From: Acholeplasmatales bacterium Tener_01 | GTDB lineage: Bacteria; Bacillota_I; Bacilli_A; ML615J-28; CAG-698 | Direction: 5' to 3' | Assembly (NCBI GenBank): GCA_001604495.1 | Contig: LVBR01000177.1 | Coordinates: forward strand, 1-25,709 | DNA: 25,709 nucleotides | Shown here: positions 1 through 8,680 of the stretch, piece by piece | Numbering within the stretch: the first letter of the stretch is position 1 | How the letters are laid out: every line of letters begins with the position of its first letter | Made by a program: the position numbers and the translations under genes | The notes under the pieces: generated by a model | What the model was told of the DNA's origin: nothing | What the model saw: only the letters and a program-made list of their open reading frames with translations | Databases searched by the model: none

Positions 1-127
1 ATGTTGGGCCTTCAACCACAGGATCAGGTCCAGGTCCTGGAGTAGGTTTATCCTCTCCACATGCCACAAAGAAAACAGCAATAAACAAAACTAAAAGTAC
101 TTTAAATAACTTTGATACTACTTTCAT
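1..127 (-). CDS. Lipoprotein, N-terminal part only (runs off the window edge): MKVVSKLFKVLLVLFIAVFFVACGEDKPTPGPGPDPVVEGPT...
   Basis: Manual translation; not in the ORF track. The ATG at 127 overlaps the cinA stop (TAATG) and has an AGGAG RBS upstream. Basic N-terminus, hydrophobic core, lipobox FVA-C and a Pro/Gly-rich linker. Confidence 0.85.
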   Translation of the reverse strand, partial: MKVVSKLFKVLLVLFIAVFFVACGEDKPTPGPGPDPVVEGPT

Positions 128-1347
128 TAGTTCATCTCCTTTAATAATTCATATAATTCATACAAAACATACATTGTTGCACGAAGTCGAATTTGATTTC
201 TACTTCCTTTAAACACTTTTTCTTTTGTTAAGAACTTATCTCCAATCTTTATAGTGTAGCAAACAAGTCCAACTGGTTTATTTTCAAGGCCCCCATTAGG
301 TCCTGCAATGCCAGTTGTTGAAACACAAACGTCACTATGGCTAAGTTGATAAAGACCAAATGCCATCTCGCGTGAGACTTCCATGCTCGCCACATTATAT
401 TTTTCAATTGTCTCTTCTTTAACACCTAAATACTTAATCTTCGCTTCGTTTGAATAAACTACTATGCTTTCTTTCAATACGTCGCTACTACCACTAACAT
501 TAATTAATGTTGAAGCAAGCATTCCTCCAGTTACACTCTCACAAAAACTAATAGTTAAATTCTTTTCTTTTAGTTTTTTATAAACAACTTCTTCAACTGG
601 TTCATTTTGGCTAGATACAATGTATTTATCCATTAGTTCTTCAAATCTTAAACAGCACTTAGTGAAACGTTCTTTGTTTTCTTCTTTTGCAGTTACTTGG
701 TAACGAATCTTACCCATTGCTGCATAAGGGTTAACATTGATATCACTAAACTCTTTGAAGAAATCTTGAAGATAATCTTCAATCTTACTCTCGCCAGTTC
801 CCATTATAGTGTATTCTTTGATTAAGAACTTATCGCTAACAAGCTTTTCTAAATAAGGTTTAACTCCTAAATTGTACATTACAGTATTTTCAAAAGGAGG
901 ACCAACAAGCATAATTACTTTTTTGCCGTCTACTTCAATAATACATCCATGAGCAGTTCCTTCAGGATTAGGTAATACTATTGAGTCTTTAGGGAAATAT
1001 GCTTGTTTAATATTGCTTTTAGCAAAATTATCACCAAAATATTTAACTAAAGTATTATATGCAACTTCTTTTAATTCAAGTTCTAATTTGAATTCATCAC
1101 ATATTACTTCTTTTGTGAAATCATCATGTGTAGGTCCAAGGCCACCTGTAGTAAACAAAAAGTCACAATCGCTCTTAACGAATTCTTTTACTTCGCGTCT
1201 TAAATTTACTTCATTGTCACCTACAACGATGTGTTTTATGGTCTCAATACCAAGTTTTTCAAGTTCACAAGCTAAAAATGATGCATTAGTATTAACGACT
1301 CTACCGCTAAGTACCTCATCACCAACACATAAAATCAATGCTTTCAT
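127..1347 (-). CDS. cinA: CinA family protein (molybdopterin-binding-like N-domain plus NMN deamidase/PncC-like C-domain)
   Basis: N-terminal VGDEVLSGRVVNTNA, GGLGPTHDDFT and NPEGTAHG; C-terminal ESVTGG, YSNEAK..LGV and STTGIAGPNGG. Confidence 0.93.
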   Translation of the reverse strand: MKALILCVGDEVLSGRVVNTNASFLACELEKLGIETIKHIVVGDNEVNLRREVKEFVKSDCDFLFTTGGLGPTHDDFTKEVICDEFKLELELKEVAYNTLVKYFGDNFAKSNIKQAYFPKDSIVLPNPEGTAHGCIIEVDGKKVIMLVGPPFENTVMYNLGVKPYLEKLVSDKFLIKEYTIMGTGESKIEDYLQDFFKEFSDINVNPYAAMGKIRYQVTAKEENKERFTKCCLRFEELMDKYIVSSQNEPVEEVVYKKLKEKNLTISFCESVTGGMLASTLINVSGSSDVLKESIVVYSNEAKIKYLGVKEETIEKYNVASMEVSREMAFGLYQLSHSDVCVSTTGIAGPNGGLENKPVGLVCYTIKIGDKFLTKEKVFKGSRNQIRLRATMYVLYELYELLKEMN

Positions 1348-1357
1348 TGCTTCACCA

Positions 1358-2455
1358 TTAAACGTTAAACTTAAATTCTACAATATCTCCATCATGGAAA
1401 ACATACTCTTTTCCTTCACTGCGTAGTTTTCCAGCTTCTTTTGCTTTTTGGTAGTTACCACAAGCAATAAAGTCATCGTATGCGATAACTTCAGCACGAA
1501 TGAATCCTCTTTCAAAATCAGAGTGGATAATACCAGCACACTTAGGGGCTTTACTTCCCTTTTTATAAGTCCATGCACGGCACTCTTTCTCTCCAGCAGT
1601 GAAGAAAGTCTCAAGGCCCAATAAATCATAACTCTTTTTAACAAGTTGATCTAAGCCACTTTCACTAATTCCAAGCTCATCCAAAAACATCTTACGATCT
1701 TCTTCGTCTAAATCTAAGATTTCTTCTTCGATTTGCGCGCTGATTTTTACAGTTTCAACATTATGTTCTTTAGCATACTCTTTAACTTTCTTAACCAAAT
1801 CACTTTCATTTGCGATATCATCTTCATCAACATTTAAAACATAGATCATTGGTTTTAATGTTAAGAAGTTAAAGTTCTTAATTATATCTAATTCTTCTTT
1901 TGTTAAGTTTTGGTCACGAAGCGAAACACCCTTATTCAAACCATCTTTAATCTTAACTAAAAGGTTATATTCTACTTCAGATTCTTTATCAACATGAAGT
2001 TGCGCTTTCTTTTCAATCTTTGGAATTCTCTTATCAATTACATCGATATCAGCAAACGCTAGTTCTAAGTTGATAGTCTCAATGTCGCTAATTGGATCAA
2101 TTACACCATTAACATGAATGACATCTTTATCAGTGAAGCATCTTACAACATGACAAATTGCATCAACTTCACGAATATTTGCTAGAAACTGATTACCTAA
2201 ACCTTCACCTAAGCTTGCACCTTTAACTAACCCTGCAATATCTGTGAATGAAAATGATGTATAAACAACATTTCTTGGCTTAACAATTTCAACAATCTTT
2301 TCTAATCTTTTATCTTTAACTTCTACAATACCAACATTAGGTTCGATTGTTGCGAAAGGATAATTCGCACTCAAAACCTTACTCTTTGTTATAGCATTGA
2401 ATAATGTTGACTTCCCAACATTAGGAAGCCCGATAATTCCTGCTGTTAATCCCAA
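1358..2455 (-). CDS. ychF: Redox-regulated ATPase YchF (Obg family)
   Basis: GLPNVGKSTLFN, NYPFATIEPN, DIAGLVKGAS.GEGLGNQFL and IHSDFERGFIRAE. The start is re-called to TTG at 2455 because AAGGTGA lies upstream as an RBS and homologs begin MxLTAG; the track uses GTG at 2464. Confidence 0.95.
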   Translation of the reverse strand: MGLTAGIIGLPNVGKSTLFNAITKSKVLSANYPFATIEPNVGIVEVKDKRLEKIVEIVKPRNVVYTSFSFTDIAGLVKGASLGEGLGNQFLANIREVDAICHVVRCFTDKDVIHVNGVIDPISDIETINLELAFADIDVIDKRIPKIEKKAQLHVDKESEVEYNLLVKIKDGLNKGVSLRDQNLTKEELDIIKNFNFLTLKPMIYVLNVDEDDIANESDLVKKVKEYAKEHNVETVKISAQIEEEILDLDEEDRKMFLDELGISESGLDQLVKKSYDLLGLETFFTAGEKECRAWTYKKGSKAPKCAGIIHSDFERGFIRAEVIAYDDFIACGNYQKAKEAGKLRSEGKEYVFHDGDIVEFKFNV

Positions 2456-2480
2456 TTTTTTCACCTTCTTTTACGGCATT

Positions 2481-2509
2481 ATTTTACCATAATTTTCGCT
2501 TCTTTTAAA
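2481..2509 (-). promoter_or_regulatory. Putative sigma-A promoter of ychF-cinA-lipoprotein
   Basis: TG-G-TAAAAT extended -10 (2481-2489) and TTTAAA 17 bp upstream of the -10. Confidence 0.55.
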
Positions 2510-2550
2510 GATTAAACTAATTAAATAAACCACTTACTATCATTTTATTG

Positions 2551-2556
2551 TATAAT
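2551..2556 (+). promoter_or_regulatory. Putative -10 box for the 108-aa ORF
   Basis: TATAAT just upstream of the GAGGT RBS; no convincing -35. Confidence 0.4.
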
Positions 2557-2573
2557 AGATACGAGGTACAATT

Positions 2574-2900
2574 ATGAAGCATTACGATATCGCAATTTAT
2601 TCAAATAATAAAATAGAACTAAGTGATAATAATATCATCTATTTAGATAGTAGCTATGAGTTAATTGATAGTTATCTAGCAAGAAAAGAAAATGAAGAAA
2701 TATCGTTTGATTACTTAATAACAAATAGTAAAAAAACACTTAAAGACTTAGGTGCCGTCTTTGATAACGGCTTTGCCTTAACAAACTCTTTACTTCAAAC
2801 AACTATTGAAAATACTTTTGCCTTTGGTGAAATTGTTAATCTAAATAAAGGAATTAGTGAAGAATTAGAAATTATACTAGATGCCATATACGAAAAATAG
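2574..2900 (+). CDS. Small protein resembling a collapsed FAD-binding domain of the pyridine nucleotide-disulfide oxidoreductase (TrxB-like) family
   Basis: GAGGT RBS and its own terminator. Segments MKHYDIAI, EISFDYLI and GFALTNSLLQTTIENTFAFGE resemble family motifs, but GxGxxG is absent. Confidence 0.6.
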   Translation: MKHYDIAIYSNNKIELSDNNIIYLDSSYELIDSYLARKENEEISFDYLITNSKKTLKDLGAVFDNGFALTNSLLQTTIENTFAFGEIVNLNKGISEELEIILDAIYEK

Positions 2901-2926
2901 GAGCTAAAATTAGCTCCTTTTTTTAT
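2899..2926. terminator. Intrinsic terminator between convergent genes (probably bidirectional)
   Basis: AGGAGCTA-AAAT-TAGCTCCT stem, with a T-run on the + side and an A-rich flank on the other. Confidence 0.85.
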
Positions 2927-4434
2927 TCTTCTTCATTTAGATTAATTGTTACTTTAATTTCCTCATTATCTCTAATAATAGTTAAGGTAATTTCATCTTT
3001 ACCTTTAATATTGTCATTAAAGAATGCTACAAGCAATACTTTAGCACTAGTAATATCAATATCATCATATTTAGTGATAATATCATCTTCTAAAATACCG
3101 CATCTATCTGCAATTGAGTCTTCTAAAACATCAGTAACAATAACACCAGTTCTATTTTCACCGATATTGTAACTATAGTCATAGTCAACAAGGATATCGA
3201 TTGAATAGCAACTAATACCTAAACTCTTGTATTTTATCTTTGAGGCATTCTCAAGACGGTCCAAAACTAACATTATAATATCAGTTGGAATTACAAAGCC
3301 TAAATTATCAGAAATTGAAGAATCAATTTTAGCAGTGCTTATTCCAATAACTTGACCTTTTAAGTTATATAGTGGACCTCCACTATTACCACTATTAATA
3401 GATGCATCCACTTGCATGTATTTATTGTAATATTCGTATTGACCATCTTCATCATTATCATCTGGGAAATATACTTCTTTTTTAGAAACAATTCCTAAGC
3501 ATACTGCTCCTTCAAGTTCAAAATCAATTGGTGATCCTACTGTCATGGCAAATTGACCAACTTTAATGTCATCAAAATAACCAAATTGACAAGCATCAAT
3601 TTCGTCAAGATTACTTACTGCACTCTTCTTAACCGCAATTACCGCTAAATCGACCATATCATCATATGCCACAATTCTTGCATAAACTTTTTCTTTTGCA
3701 GCTGAGAAGTAAACAAATAAAGCTTCACTTCCAAGAACAACATGGCGGTTAGTTAAAATAAAGATGTCTTCTTCACCTACTTTATAAACTACGCCACTAC
3801 CTGATGCATATAGGGCGTATTCATAATTAGTTCCTTTTTGGTAATTGAATACAGTAACAACTTGCTTCATTGCTTTTTCTGATACGTTAATAGTACTTTT
3901 TTCAATGTCACTATAGTCGTCAGTATTAGTAACTAAAATAATTTCTTCCTTACCATCAATTGAAATTAAACCACGTCCAATTCCTGCTCCATATAAGAAT
4001 TTACCATCAATCACTTTAACAATACCAGGAGTTAGGCTAGTAATAGTTACCTCTTTAGAAGTTTGAACTTCTCTAATTTCACCTAAAGTTAAATAATGGT
4101 ATTCATTTGAAATAGTTAGTTCATCTACTTTTCCATCATATTTACCACTTTTAACTAAAACTTCAATTCGTTCTTTTTCTTTATCTTTTGATAATAGTTG
4201 AATAAAGGCAACGCCAGGCTTTAAGCCCTTAACTCGCCCATCTTCATATTTAATAACGTCATCATTAATGATTCTTATTTCATATTTACTGCTAATTTCT
4301 ACTTCTTTTTCTTCCCCAACAAATATCTCATGATAATATTCACTATTAATAACACTATCTTTTTGCTTTACGCTACAAGAAGATAAAAAGAACAAAGCAA
4401 TAAATATAAATATACCAATAAATACTTTTCTCAT
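2923..4434 (-). CDS. HtrA/S1C serine protease lipoprotein with two N-terminal Ig-like repeats and a C-terminal PDZ domain
   Basis: Lipobox LSS-C; triad motifs TNRHVV, DLAVI and INSGNSGGPL; PDZ-like C-terminus (LGIS...GVIVTDVLEDSIADRCGILEDDII). Confidence 0.9.
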   Translation of the reverse strand: MRKVFIGIFIFIALFFLSSCSVKQKDSVINSEYYHEIFVGEEKEVEISSKYEIRIINDDVIKYEDGRVKGLKPGVAFIQLLSKDKEKERIEVLVKSGKYDGKVDELTISNEYHYLTLGEIREVQTSKEVTITSLTPGIVKVIDGKFLYGAGIGRGLISIDGKEEIILVTNTDDYSDIEKSTINVSEKAMKQVVTVFNYQKGTNYEYALYASGSGVVYKVGEEDIFILTNRHVVLGSEALFVYFSAAKEKVYARIVAYDDMVDLAVIAVKKSAVSNLDEIDACQFGYFDDIKVGQFAMTVGSPIDFELEGAVCLGIVSKKEVYFPDDNDEDGQYEYYNKYMQVDASINSGNSGGPLYNLKGQVIGISTAKIDSSISDNLGFVIPTDIIMLVLDRLENASKIKYKSLGISCYSIDILVDYDYSYNIGENRTGVIVTDVLEDSIADRCGILEDDIITKYDDIDITSAKVLLVAFFNDNIKGKDEITLTIIRDNEEIKVTINLNEEE

Positions 4435-4443
4435 TTTATACTC

Positions 4444-5607
4444 CTAAAAATCAATTCGTACAGTTATTTCTTCACCGCTACGAACAACTTTTAACATAAC
4501 AAATCCACCGTCAATAACTTTACCAAGTTCTGCTCTAAATTCTTGAGATTTAGTGACTTTAACATCATTAATCTCTAAAATAATATCACCATTTTGCAAC
4601 TTCATAAAAGCATGTCCAGTAACATCAACTTCATCAACATAAAGTCCATATGTAATATCTTCTGGAATATCTATTTGAGGAACTCCTGAATAGTCTTCAC
4701 GATTAATAAGTCTAATTACTTCGTATGTTGTGATACCTAGAGTGTACCTAGTTGGTTTTTTGCCTTGTTCTAGGTATTTAATTAATTCTTTAACTAAATT
4801 AGATGGAATTGCAAATCCCATATTATCGATTTCACTATCAACTAACTTTAGTGTGTTAATGCCAATTAACTCACCTTTAATGTTAACTAGTGCTCCACCA
4901 CTAGAACCAGGATTAATCGCAACATCGTGTTGAATATATTCACTATCCCAATCGTTGATTTTATCGCCATCAGTATCATCACTCAAATATCTTTTTGGTG
5001 AAGAAATGATACCAAATGTTGAAGAACCATAGAAATCATAGCCTCCAGGATTGCCGATTGCTACGGCAAAATTTCCTCTTTTTACTTGCTCACTATCAGC
5101 AAATTTAATCGGTTGAATGAACCTAATATAGCGAAATTCGATAACTGCTAGATCTACTTTATCATCATATCCTAAAACAGTTGCATCAAGTTTTTGATTA
5201 TCATCACCGATGTATGCTTTGATTTTATTATCAACTTTACTTTCAATTACATGACGATTAGTAACTGCACGGTAGATGTATTCTTTAACGTTATCGCTAT
5301 CAAATGTCTTTTCGTAATCTTTTTCAATTGTACCATCTTTTAAAAGTACTTCACATGAATAGATAACTCCACTACCAGTTGATGCTAGTTGATAGCTAAC
5401 AAGATTCTTTTCATAATTACTTACACCAATTACACAAGGAGCAGCTTTTTCAACTGCTGCAGTAATTAAATCTTCAAATTCTTGAATATCTATTTCAACG
5501 TTATATGATTTATTATAGATTTCATTATTAAAAATATTTGTGCATCCACTTAATACCACTATTAGTGAAAGCATTAAAACAAATAATAATCTCTTTAATT
5601 TAGTCAT
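4444..5607 (-). CDS. HtrA/S1C serine protease lipoprotein with PDZ domain
   Basis: Lipobox LSG-C; TNRHVI, DLAVI, AIGNPGG and INPGSSGGAL; PDZ-like C-terminus. Confidence 0.9.
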   Translation of the reverse strand: MTKLKRLLFVLMLSLIVVLSGCTNIFNNEIYNKSYNVEIDIQEFEDLITAAVEKAAPCVIGVSNYEKNLVSYQLASTGSGVIYSCEVLLKDGTIEKDYEKTFDSDNVKEYIYRAVTNRHVIESKVDNKIKAYIGDDNQKLDATVLGYDDKVDLAVIEFRYIRFIQPIKFADSEQVKRGNFAVAIGNPGGYDFYGSSTFGIISSPKRYLSDDTDGDKINDWDSEYIQHDVAINPGSSGGALVNIKGELIGINTLKLVDSEIDNMGFAIPSNLVKELIKYLEQGKKPTRYTLGITTYEVIRLINREDYSGVPQIDIPEDITYGLYVDEVDVTGHAFMKLQNGDIILEINDVKVTKSQEFRAELGKVIDGGFVMLKVVRSGEEITVRIDF

Positions 5608-5615
5608 AGTCTACC

Positions 5616-6368
5616 TCAAATTCCAAACAAGTTATAGACGTTTTCTTCTACTTGTTTTTCAACTTCCTTAACATCTATTCCTTTAATTTTACTAATTTCT
5701 TCCAAAACATATTTAGTGTAAGCTGGTTCGTTTAGTTCTCCTCTATGAGGAGTAGGTGCTAAATATGGGCTATCAGTTTCAGTTAATAAATACTTTAAAT
5801 CAATCTTTTCAACAACTTCTTTTATTGTCTTAGCATTCTTAAAAGTAACTACACCACCGATTCCTAAATACCAACCTCTTTTAGTTAACTCTTTTGCCAT
5901 TTCATAACTTCCACCATAACAATGAAGGACTCCACGAACCTTTTCATCTTTAATAATATCAAAGGTATCTTGCATAGCATCACGATTATGAATAATTAGC
6001 GGAAGATTATATTTCTTACTTAACTCAATTTGCTTTTTAAAGAAATATTTTTGTTCTTCAACATATGTTTTATCCCAATAATAATCAAGACCAACTTCAC
6101 CAATAGCGATAACTTTCTCATTATCTAAAATATTGGTAAGCCAAGTAAGATCGGTATCAGTCTCATTTTGGACTTCACTAGGATGTAGCCCCACTGCTAG
6201 ATAAATAAAGTCATACTTTTTAGAAAGTTCAAGTGCTTTTAGGCTAGATTCTTTATCATAGCCAATAACAATCATCTTTTTAACACCATTATCTAGGGCA
6301 TTTTTTATTACTTTTTCTTTATCAACATATTTGTCATCATAAATATGCATATGAGTATCAATAATCAT
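5616..6368 (-). CDS. tatD: TatD family hydrolase/nuclease
   Basis: IIDTHMH, GLHP, IGEVGLDYY, IHNRDA, GVLHCY and LLTETDSPYLAP. Confidence 0.93.
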   Translation of the reverse strand: MIIDTHMHIYDDKYVDKEKVIKNALDNGVKKMIVIGYDKESSLKALELSKKYDFIYLAVGLHPSEVQNETDTDLTWLTNILDNEKVIAIGEVGLDYYWDKTYVEEQKYFFKKQIELSKKYNLPLIIHNRDAMQDTFDIIKDEKVRGVLHCYGGSYEMAKELTKRGWYLGIGGVVTFKNAKTIKEVVEKIDLKYLLTETDSPYLAPTPHRGELNEPAYTKYVLEEISKIKGIDVKEVEKQVEENVYNLFGI

Positions 6369-6392
6369 AATTATTCCTCGAATTCTATTAAT

Positions 6393-6412
6393 ATTATACC
6401 ATAGATTGGGGC
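6393..6412 (-). promoter_or_regulatory. Extended -10 promoter of tatD-htrA-htrA
   Basis: TG-G-TATAAT at 6393-6401, preceded by GCCCC; no good -35. Confidence 0.65.
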
Positions 6413-6422
6413 GATTGTTTTG

Positions 6423-6451
6423 TAAAAAAAATCCTATTTAAAATAGGATTT
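6423..6451 (-). terminator. Intrinsic terminator after degV
   Basis: AAAATCCTAT-5nt-ATAGGATTTT stem followed by a T-run on the minus strand. Confidence 0.8.
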
Positions 6452-6457
6452 TACTTT

Positions 6458-7333
6458 CTAACATCTTTCAACGCCATGGAAAAAGGCACTGATTAATTCT
6501 GGGCCTGAGTGAGAACCAATTGTTGGGCCAATGAAAAAGTATTTAACACCTTTAAATTTGACCATTTGTAATATCTCACGAGCAAATTCTTTGGCTTTTT
6601 CTAAGCAATCGCCATGACCAATATATAAATATTGGTTACATGCATCAACCACTTTTTCTTTTATCATTAAGGCAATACGCTTGTATGCTCTAAAAATACC
6701 ATTTATCTTATTAGCTATAACAAGCCTACCTGGTTTATCAAGTTTTAGAATTGGTTTAATAGATAACAAATTGCCGATAAAGAAGCTAGCATTTGATACT
6801 CTTCCACCACGCTTTAAATAAACTAAAGTTGGAGTAGTAAAAAACGGAGTTACTCCTTTTTTGTACTCTTCTAAATACTTGATAACATCTTTAAATTCCA
6901 TTCCTTCATCAATTAACCTACATGCTTCGAGAACCAATATTCCATAAGAAATAGATGCACCTAAAGAATCCATCACATAGATCTCTAGTTTGTCATTTTC
7001 ACTTAATAGCATATTCTTCGCTTGCATAAAATTATTGTAAGTGCCGCTTATAGCACTACCCATAGCAATATGTAGTATAGGTTTACCATAACTTGCTAAT
7101 TCTTTCAAATAATCGTATGCTTCATTGACATTTACAGATGTTGTTCTAAAAACAACGCCATTTCGCATCTTATTATAGAATTCAACTGTTTCAGAATCAA
7201 TCAGGTTACTTTCATAAATATTATTATCATCAAAATATTTCATTTTAATAAAACTGATATGTTTTTCTTCCAAAGTCTCTTTGTTTAAGTCACAGCCGGA
7301 GTCTGTGCTTACTATTATTTTTCTATAATCCAT
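6458..7333 (-). CDS. DegV family fatty-acid-binding protein
   Basis: STDSGCDL, TTSVN, SAISGTYN, DSLGAS, LKRGGRVS and IGSHSGP match DegV motifs. Confidence 0.9.
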   Translation of the reverse strand: MDYRKIIVSTDSGCDLNKETLEEKHISFIKMKYFDDNNIYESNLIDSETVEFYNKMRNGVVFRTTSVNVNEAYDYLKELASYGKPILHIAMGSAISGTYNNFMQAKNMLLSENDKLEIYVMDSLGASISYGILVLEACRLIDEGMEFKDVIKYLEEYKKGVTPFFTTPTLVYLKRGGRVSNASFFIGNLLSIKPILKLDKPGRLVIANKINGIFRAYKRIALMIKEKVVDACNQYLYIGHGDCLEKAKEFAREILQMVKFKGVKYFFIGPTIGSHSGPELISAFFHGVERC

Positions 7334-7363
7334 ATTAATCCTTTCTATAAAATAATATAATAA

Positions 7364-7388
7364 ATAGCCCTACATAAAGTAGGGCTAT
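7364..7388 (-). terminator. Intrinsic terminator after tuf
   Basis: ATAGCCCTAC-5nt-GTAGGGCTAT stem with a T-rich tail on the minus strand. Confidence 0.8.
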
Positions 7389-7405
7389 AAATTTTTAATT
7401 CTAGA

Positions 7406-8590
7406 TTATTTAACGATCTTAGTAACGTTACCAGCACCAACTGTACGTCCACCTTCACGAATAGAGAACTTAGTTCCTAATTCGATTGCGATTGGGTGAA
7501 TTAATTCTACATGTAATTCAGCGTTGTCACCAGGCATAATCATTTCTACGCCTTCTTTTAGTTCGATAACGCCAGTTACGTCTGTTGTACGGAAGTAGAA
7601 TTGAGGACGATAGTTACTGAAGAATGGAGTATGACGTCCACCTTCATCCTTGCTTAGTACGTAAACTTGAGCATCAAATGAAGTATGAGGTGTAACAGTC
7701 TTAGGTTTTGCAAGAACTTGTCCACGTTGGATTTGATCACGGTTGATACCACGAAGTAATGTACCAATGTTATCACCAGCTTCTGCATAGTCTAATAACT
7801 TTCTGAACATTTCAACACCAGTAACAACTGAAGTTTGAGTTTCTTTGATACCGATAATTTCAACAGGGTCACCAACTCTAACTTGTCCACGTTCAACTCT
7901 ACCAGTAGCAACTGTTCCACGTCCTGTGATTGAGAATACGTCTTCAACAGGCATTAAGAATGGTTTATCAGTGTCACGAACTGGAGTAGGGATGTAAGAG
8001 TCAACAGCATCCATTAATTCTTGGATAGCTTTTTGAGCTTCTGGATCTTCTTCCATAGCTTTTAAAGCAGATCCACGGATAACAGGAACTTCATCTCCAG
8101 GGAATCCGTATTCGCTTAATAATTCACGAACTTCCATTTCAACTAAGTCTAATAGTTCTTCATCATCAACCATATCACACTTATTTAAGAAAACGATAAG
8201 ACGAGGAACACCAACTTGACGGCTTAGTAAGATGTGTTCACGAGTTTGTGCCATAGGTCCATCAGTTGCAGCAACAACAAGGATAGCTCCATCCATTTGT
8301 GCAGCACCAGTGATCATGTTCTTAACATAGTCAGCATGTCCTGGGCAGTCTACGTGTGCGTAGTGACGTTTGTCAGTTTCATATTCAACATGGGCAGTAT
8401 TGATAGTTATACCTCTTGCCTTTTCTTCTGGTGCACCGTCGATTTGATCATAGTCCATAACTTTAGCTTGACCTTTAGATGCTAAATACTTAGTAATAGC
8501 AGATGTTAAAGTAGTTTTACCATGGTCAACATGTCCGATAGTACCGATATTTACATGCGGTTTAGTACGTTCAAATTTAGCTTTTGCCAT
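7406..8590 (-). CDS. tuf: Elongation factor Tu
   Basis: [26 protein letters not shown] and GGRHTPFF; 394 aa. Confidence 0.99.
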   Translation of the reverse strand: MAKAKFERTKPHVNIGTIGHVDHGKTTLTSAITKYLASKGQAKVMDYDQIDGAPEEKARGITINTAHVEYETDKRHYAHVDCPGHADYVKNMITGAAQMDGAILVVAATDGPMAQTREHILLSRQVGVPRLIVFLNKCDMVDDEELLDLVEMEVRELLSEYGFPGDEVPVIRGSALKAMEEDPEAQKAIQELMDAVDSYIPTPVRDTDKPFLMPVEDVFSITGRGTVATGRVERGQVRVGDPVEIIGIKETQTSVVTGVEMFRKLLDYAEAGDNIGTLLRGINRDQIQRGQVLAKPKTVTPHTSFDAQVYVLSKDEGGRHTPFFSNYRPQFYFRTTDVTGVIELKEGVEMIMPGDNAELHVELIHPIAIELGTKFSIREGGRTVGAGNVTKIVK

Positions 8591-8621
8591 TAATATTTCC
8601 TCCTAAAATAATGTCATATAT

Positions 8622-8650
8622 ATTTTATATTATTTCATCGAATAATGCAA
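8622..8650 (-). promoter_or_regulatory. Internal promoter for tuf
   Basis: TTGCAT (8645-8650), 17-bp spacer, TAAAAT (8622-8627). Confidence 0.65.
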
Positions 8651-8680
8651 GTATTTTTAATGCAAGATTTTATTCGATTT

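Noticed and set aside
25-40. CAGGTC tandem repeat
   Set aside because: Only two units, encoding the Gly-Pro linker; too short to imply phase variation.
1013-1644. 137-aa + strand ORF and 88-aa alternate-frame minus ORF
   Set aside because: They overlap the well-supported cinA and ychF genes and have no independent signals.
5595-5618. Possible UGA=Trp (code 4) readthrough at the tatD end
   Set aside because: All genes are full length under code 11, the Trp codons checked are TGG, and this TGA falls at the normal TatD C-terminus.
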